From contig JAQBRJ010000014.1 in assembly GCA_028286545.1 (NCBI GenBank), positions 1-48,351 on the forward strand: a stretch of DNA of 48,351 nucleotides. Reading direction: 5' to 3'. The DNA comes from Parcubacteria group bacterium (lineage in GTDB: Bacteria; Patescibacteriota; Minisyncoccia; Phycocordibacterales; Phycocordibacteraceae). Shown here one piece after another: positions 44,861-48,351 of the stretch (its first letter is position 1; every line of letters starts with the position of its first letter). The notes beneath the pieces are model-generated. The model was given only the letters and a program-made list of their open reading frames with translations, had not been told where the DNA came from and ran no database searches. Both the position numbers and the translations under genes were made by a program.

Positions 44861-46294
44861 ATGGCTTCTACTCTGGAACTTCTCAATAGCATCATTAATG
44901 CCTTTACGCTCGGCACGTATCCGGTGCGTCCGTTTTTGTTGATTGGATATGCAATGTTTGTATTTCTTACAGTTTGGGCATATCCGCATGCGAGTAGAAA
45001 GCTCGCGCTGCCAGAGAGAATGAGGAAGCATTATGAGCGTGTTGTGCGCATTATCGCGCTCGCTGCGCTCGCGCTTTTATTCATCATTCCAATTGTTTGC
45101 GAACTAACAGTCTTCCATTCATTCGGTATTCCGCAGCGCGACCTCGCTATTTTCTTTACAGGCGGTGAAATCACTAACACACGCATAGCGCATAATCACT
45201 TTGGAAAGACAGCGATAGCAGAATTTCTTGGCAATAATGATGCAGGCTTTATTCAATCATCGGACACGGGCGCAGCACTGCTTCCGTATGTGCCAGTGTG
45301 GGTCCCGCCTCTCGAGCTCGCACTTTTTATAATCGCTTTATTCTCTTCGCTATACATCGCAGCAAACGCTATTGCGGGCATGCCGAACCGCAGAAAAAAG
45401 ATATGGCTCGGTGCACTCTTTTCGTTGATTGGGTTTTTGGTACTTGAAAAATCTCTCGATGGAGGTTTTGTAAGCGATGGCGCCGCGAGTGCATATGGCG
45501 CATACATAGTGCTCATATATTTTTCAGCAAAGCGGTTTCCACGCGCATTCATATACATCGTGCTTGGGTATGTGTGGGTCTTATGTACGTTGTATTTCAG
45601 CGGATTCTATTGGCCGCAACTGTATCTGACATACGCACTCGTGCACACCGCTATATTTGTGTTGGCTGTGTACGCACTACACTATGGAGCGTTTGGGAAT
45701 AATAAACGAATTAAAAAGATACTCGTTCTGCTCGTTGTTATTGTCATTGGAATCTACGCCTCTATCGACGGACAATCTGACCGTGCCTACTTGGCAAAAC
45801 GTATCGTGCCCACAGCAACGTATCTGGCAGTGTATGATTTTGAAGCGACCCCCGACGTGCCTCTTGTTGGAACTATCGGAGCGTTAAATATTTTTGAGAC
45901 TGCATCATTTGCAGGGGATACGATAGGGAAGATAACGGATGAATATACGCTTCCGTACTGGTATCGTCCGCTGTCGACGGGTGATATTACGTGCGCAAAT
46001 CCTGTGTATGAGACTGAGGAGAAATTCTTCCTCTTGACCCGCACGCCGCTTCACGGCGTGCCTGATCAGCCTCTCGTTCACACTTCATTCCTTTCCGCAG
46101 GCTCTGCACCACCTGGTTGGTACCGATACAGCGCCGTTATTAGTTTTAATCCCTGCATTTCCCGGCCAAATGATGTGATACGCGAGACAATACGACTTGC
46201 AGGGAGCACTACTACGATACTCTATGGTTTGAAAACCTACTCACTAGAGCACCCAAAAGGAGAATATACCGACAGTGGGGATACTATCCGTTAG
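44861..46294 (+). CDS. Multi-pass membrane protein with C-terminal extracytoplasmic domain
   Basis: About 8-9 hydrophobic segments followed by a soluble domain; no family recognised. Confidence 0.7.
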   Translation: MASTLELLNSIINAFTLGTYPVRPFLLIGYAMFVFLTVWAYPHASRKLALPERMRKHYERVVRIIALAALALLFIIPIVCELTVFHSFGIPQRDLAIFFTGGEITNTRIAHNHFGKTAIAEFLGNNDAGFIQSSDTGAALLPYVPVWVPPLELALFIIALFSSLYIAANAIAGMPNRRKKIWLGALFSLIGFLVLEKSLDGGFVSDGAASAYGAYIVLIYFSAKRFPRAFIYIVLGYVWVLCTLYFSGFYWPQLYLTYALVHTAIFVLAVYALHYGAFGNNKRIKKILVLLVVIVIGIYASIDGQSDRAYLAKRIVPTATYLAVYDFEATPDVPLVGTIGALNIFETASFAGDTIGKITDEYTLPYWYRPLSTGDITCANPVYETEEKFFLLTRTPLHGVPDQPLVHTSFLSAGSAPPGWYRYSAVISFNPCISRPNDVIRETIRLAGSTTTILYGLKTYSLEHPKGEYTDSGDTIR

Positions 46295-46322
46295 AAATTG
46301 AGGAATAGCGTAGTATATAAGT

Positions 46323-47264
46323 ATGGATATGCCGACACCTGCTCCCGCTCCATCGAAAGTAGCTTTCATGCACTATGTACTTGCCGCTATAGTGGTGCTC
46401 GTTGCTGCCGCACTCGTAGCAGGAGCTTATTGGTTTACAAAAAGTTCATACGTAGCGTTCTATGGCGTGCGTTACCTCGCGGGCTCATTTGAAAGTCGCA
46501 CGCTCTACCAAGTTGGGTTTGGTGCTCAGCATAAAGTTACTCTCCCTGTCACTGGCCGTATCATTGATTACGCACGCGATGGAGGAACAGAAGCAGCGAT
46601 CACTGTTTCTGATACGGGAACAGAAGACGTGTACAGTATCAAAAACGGAAAGGCGACTGCGCTCACGCAAGACGGAGCAGTAAAGTCTGGTCTATCAGTT
46701 TCTGCTGATGGTTCAATGGTTGCGTACGCCGTGCGTAATGCCGTAGCAACCTCAACAAATCCAAACGATTTTTATGTAGCACACAATTGGACGGTCAATA
46801 TGGTTACGGTGAGTGACATGAAAACGCAAGCTATAGGTATCGGCTACGGACCGCAGTTCTATGTGCGAGACGGAAAGACCTATCTGCTCATAACGAGTGA
46901 CGCAAACATTCACCTCGTAGATGTAGTGGGGAATTCACATCAAGACATTCCCGTATCCTTTGGCGTAAATCCTGGATTCCGCGCAGCCACTATTTCAAGC
47001 GACGGTTCCTATGTAATCCTTCCCGACATCGGGACTGGATATGCCCTGTACGCACTCAAATATTCTGGATCTCTTGCAACTCTTGCTGCCATTGGAGGAA
47101 TGCCGACAGGTACAAGCGTAGCGGTCTTTGATGGGAAAGAGATACTTAGCATCTCATATCGTATTGGCAATGCCCTCTTTAGGTTCTCAAACACCTCGAA
47201 TCCGAGCACTATCCTTCAGGCGCGTACTGAGCCTGGCGACATCGTTTTCAAAGTAATACCATAG
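46323..47264 (+). CDS. Membrane-anchored beta-propeller-like (TolB-like) protein
   Basis: N-terminal TM helix; LTQDG, SVSADGSMVAY, ISSDGSYV repeats. Confidence 0.6.
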   Translation: MDMPTPAPAPSKVAFMHYVLAAIVVLVAAALVAGAYWFTKSSYVAFYGVRYLAGSFESRTLYQVGFGAQHKVTLPVTGRIIDYARDGGTEAAITVSDTGTEDVYSIKNGKATALTQDGAVKSGLSVSADGSMVAYAVRNAVATSTNPNDFYVAHNWTVNMVTVSDMKTQAIGIGYGPQFYVRDGKTYLLITSDANIHLVDVVGNSHQDIPVSFGVNPGFRAATISSDGSYVILPDIGTGYALYALKYSGSLATLAAIGGMPTGTSVAVFDGKEILSISYRIGNALFRFSNTSNPSTILQARTEPGDIVFKVIP

Positions 47265-47268
47265 CCAT

Positions 47269-48351
47269 ATGTCGTACGTCACCCATCTCACTGCTAAGAA
47301 TCGCTTCCTCCTCGCGGCACTTGCTTTCACGGCTTGTGTTCTTGCAAGTACCCTCTACTTTAATGCTCAGTATGCCAATGCATGTAACGGCAATGATTCT
47401 TATGTAGGAAGTGACAATCCAGGTTCGTGTACTGATGTTGATAATAGCCAGAGTGATCCCGCACAAGTCGTGTTCACGGCAAATCCTGCAACTATACAGC
47501 AAGGCAGCTCCTCGCTCCTTTCCTGGGGTCCTGATAATTCAGGACACTCATATCCTTACGAGAGTTGTACGATTGACCATGGTGTAGGAACGTTTTCAAC
47601 GACAGGATCAGTTACGGTGGCGCCCAGCACTACCACTACCTACAATATTGAGTGTCTTCAGCACACTCAATATAGTGTTCTTTGTGGAAATACTAATTGT
47701 TTCGTTAACGGCGTTAGAGGGACCAACGCAGAGGTAACCGTAACCGTAACGCAAAATCCTGCACTTTTGGTATCATGCTCGGTAAATCCTACGGCACTAA
47801 GCGCAAATGGAACTGCAGCATGGTCCGTCACTGCCTCAGGAGGAACGGGCTCGTACACCTACGCATGGAGTGGAACTGATGGTCTTTCAGGTTCTGGAAC
47901 ATCGGTTTCGAAACAATATACAACTGCGGGTACTAAAACAGGGACCGTAACGGTTACCTCCTTAGGTACTCAGGGTTTCAACACGTTACGGCCTGAGGTA
48001 CACGATTCTGGATTACTTGCTGATATACGAGATGCAGTTGCTTCACTTATAAAGCCGATTCAGACTGCGCACGCCATGATGATTAGTTGTGACGGAGGAG
48101 GGTTTGCGTTCTTCATGAGTGGTGGGGGCGGTGGGTGTAATGGTGGTGGCGTTGACGGTGGCGGTGGTGCTACTGCAAATACCGTATCGTGTACCAACAC
48201 GCTGGACGTAACAAATCTCACGTCACCAGACCTCACCCCACTCTCCCTCACCCCTCACACCGTGGTCGCTGGTACCCAGAGCACCTTCACCGCAACGCTT
48301 CACAACGGAGGAACCGCCCCAACCCCGACCTTCTCTTCAACCGTATACGTC
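47269..48351 (+). CDS. Secreted Ig-like/PKD/CARDB multi-domain surface protein (3' truncated by the window)
   Basis: Manual translation is open to the window end: signal peptide ending YANA, FTANPATI...LSW...TTTYNIEC, SGGTGSYTYAWSGTDGL...YTTAGTKT, then PDL...NGG. Not in the ORF track. Confidence 0.85.
   Translation, partial: MSYVTHLTAKNRFLLAALAFTACVLASTLYFNAQYANACNGNDSYVGSDNPGSCTDVDNSQSDPAQVVFTANPATIQQGSSSLLSWGPDNSGHSYPYESCTIDHGVGTFSTTGSVTVAPSTTTTYNIECLQHTQYSVLCGNTNCFVNGVRGTNAEVTVTVTQNPALLVSCSVNPTALSANGTAAWSVTASGGTGSYTYAWSGTDGLSGSGTSVSKQYTTAGTKTGTVTVTSLGTQGFNTLRPEVHDSGLLADIRDAVASLIKPIQTAHAMMISCDGGGFAFFMSGGGGGCNGGGVDGGGGATANTVSCTNTLDVTNLTSPDLTPLSLTPHTVVAGTQSTFTATLHNGGTAPTPTFSSTVYV

Noticed and set aside
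1-48351. Alternative genetic code (TGA as Gly)
   Set aside because: Conserved genes read full length in code 11, and rpe ends at a TGA at the expected position.

Overview
Gene-dense bacterial chromosome segment, standard genetic code. Gene content and architecture (split transketolase, multiple type IV pilins, giant surface protein, PemK-like toxin, CarS-like protein, almost no Shine-Dalgarno sites, -10 boxes close to start codons) point by inference to a Patescibacteria/CPR (Parcubacteria-like) genome. Left to right: nucleotide-sugar and glycan genes (E1/ColD-like dehydrase, rfbB, flippase, fcl, gmd, O-antigen-ligase/TPR protein); Nudix hydrolase and murB; an orphan PemK/MazF-family toxin facing a promoter-driven structured small-RNA candidate; a 55-aa Lys-rich histone-H1-like ORF missed by the ORF track; secA, obg, gatB; two adjacent membrane proteins starting with the same excisionase-like HTH domain, the second a 4848-aa tail-fibre-like protein with pentapeptide and ~295-aa repeats, an LVIVD propeller and an internal S74 chaperone; a glycolysis/pentose-phosphate cluster (gap, rpiB, rpe, tkt N and C, pfkB, class I fba) interleaved with two paralogous small-membrane-protein + pilin cassettes and a HigBA-like module; rplY; a coiled-coil lytic transglycosylase; GtrA, CarS-like and membrane proteins; and a truncated Ig-domain surface protein. 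No rRNA, tRNA, CRISPR array or transposase was recognised. All family calls come from motif recognition by eye; no database search was run.
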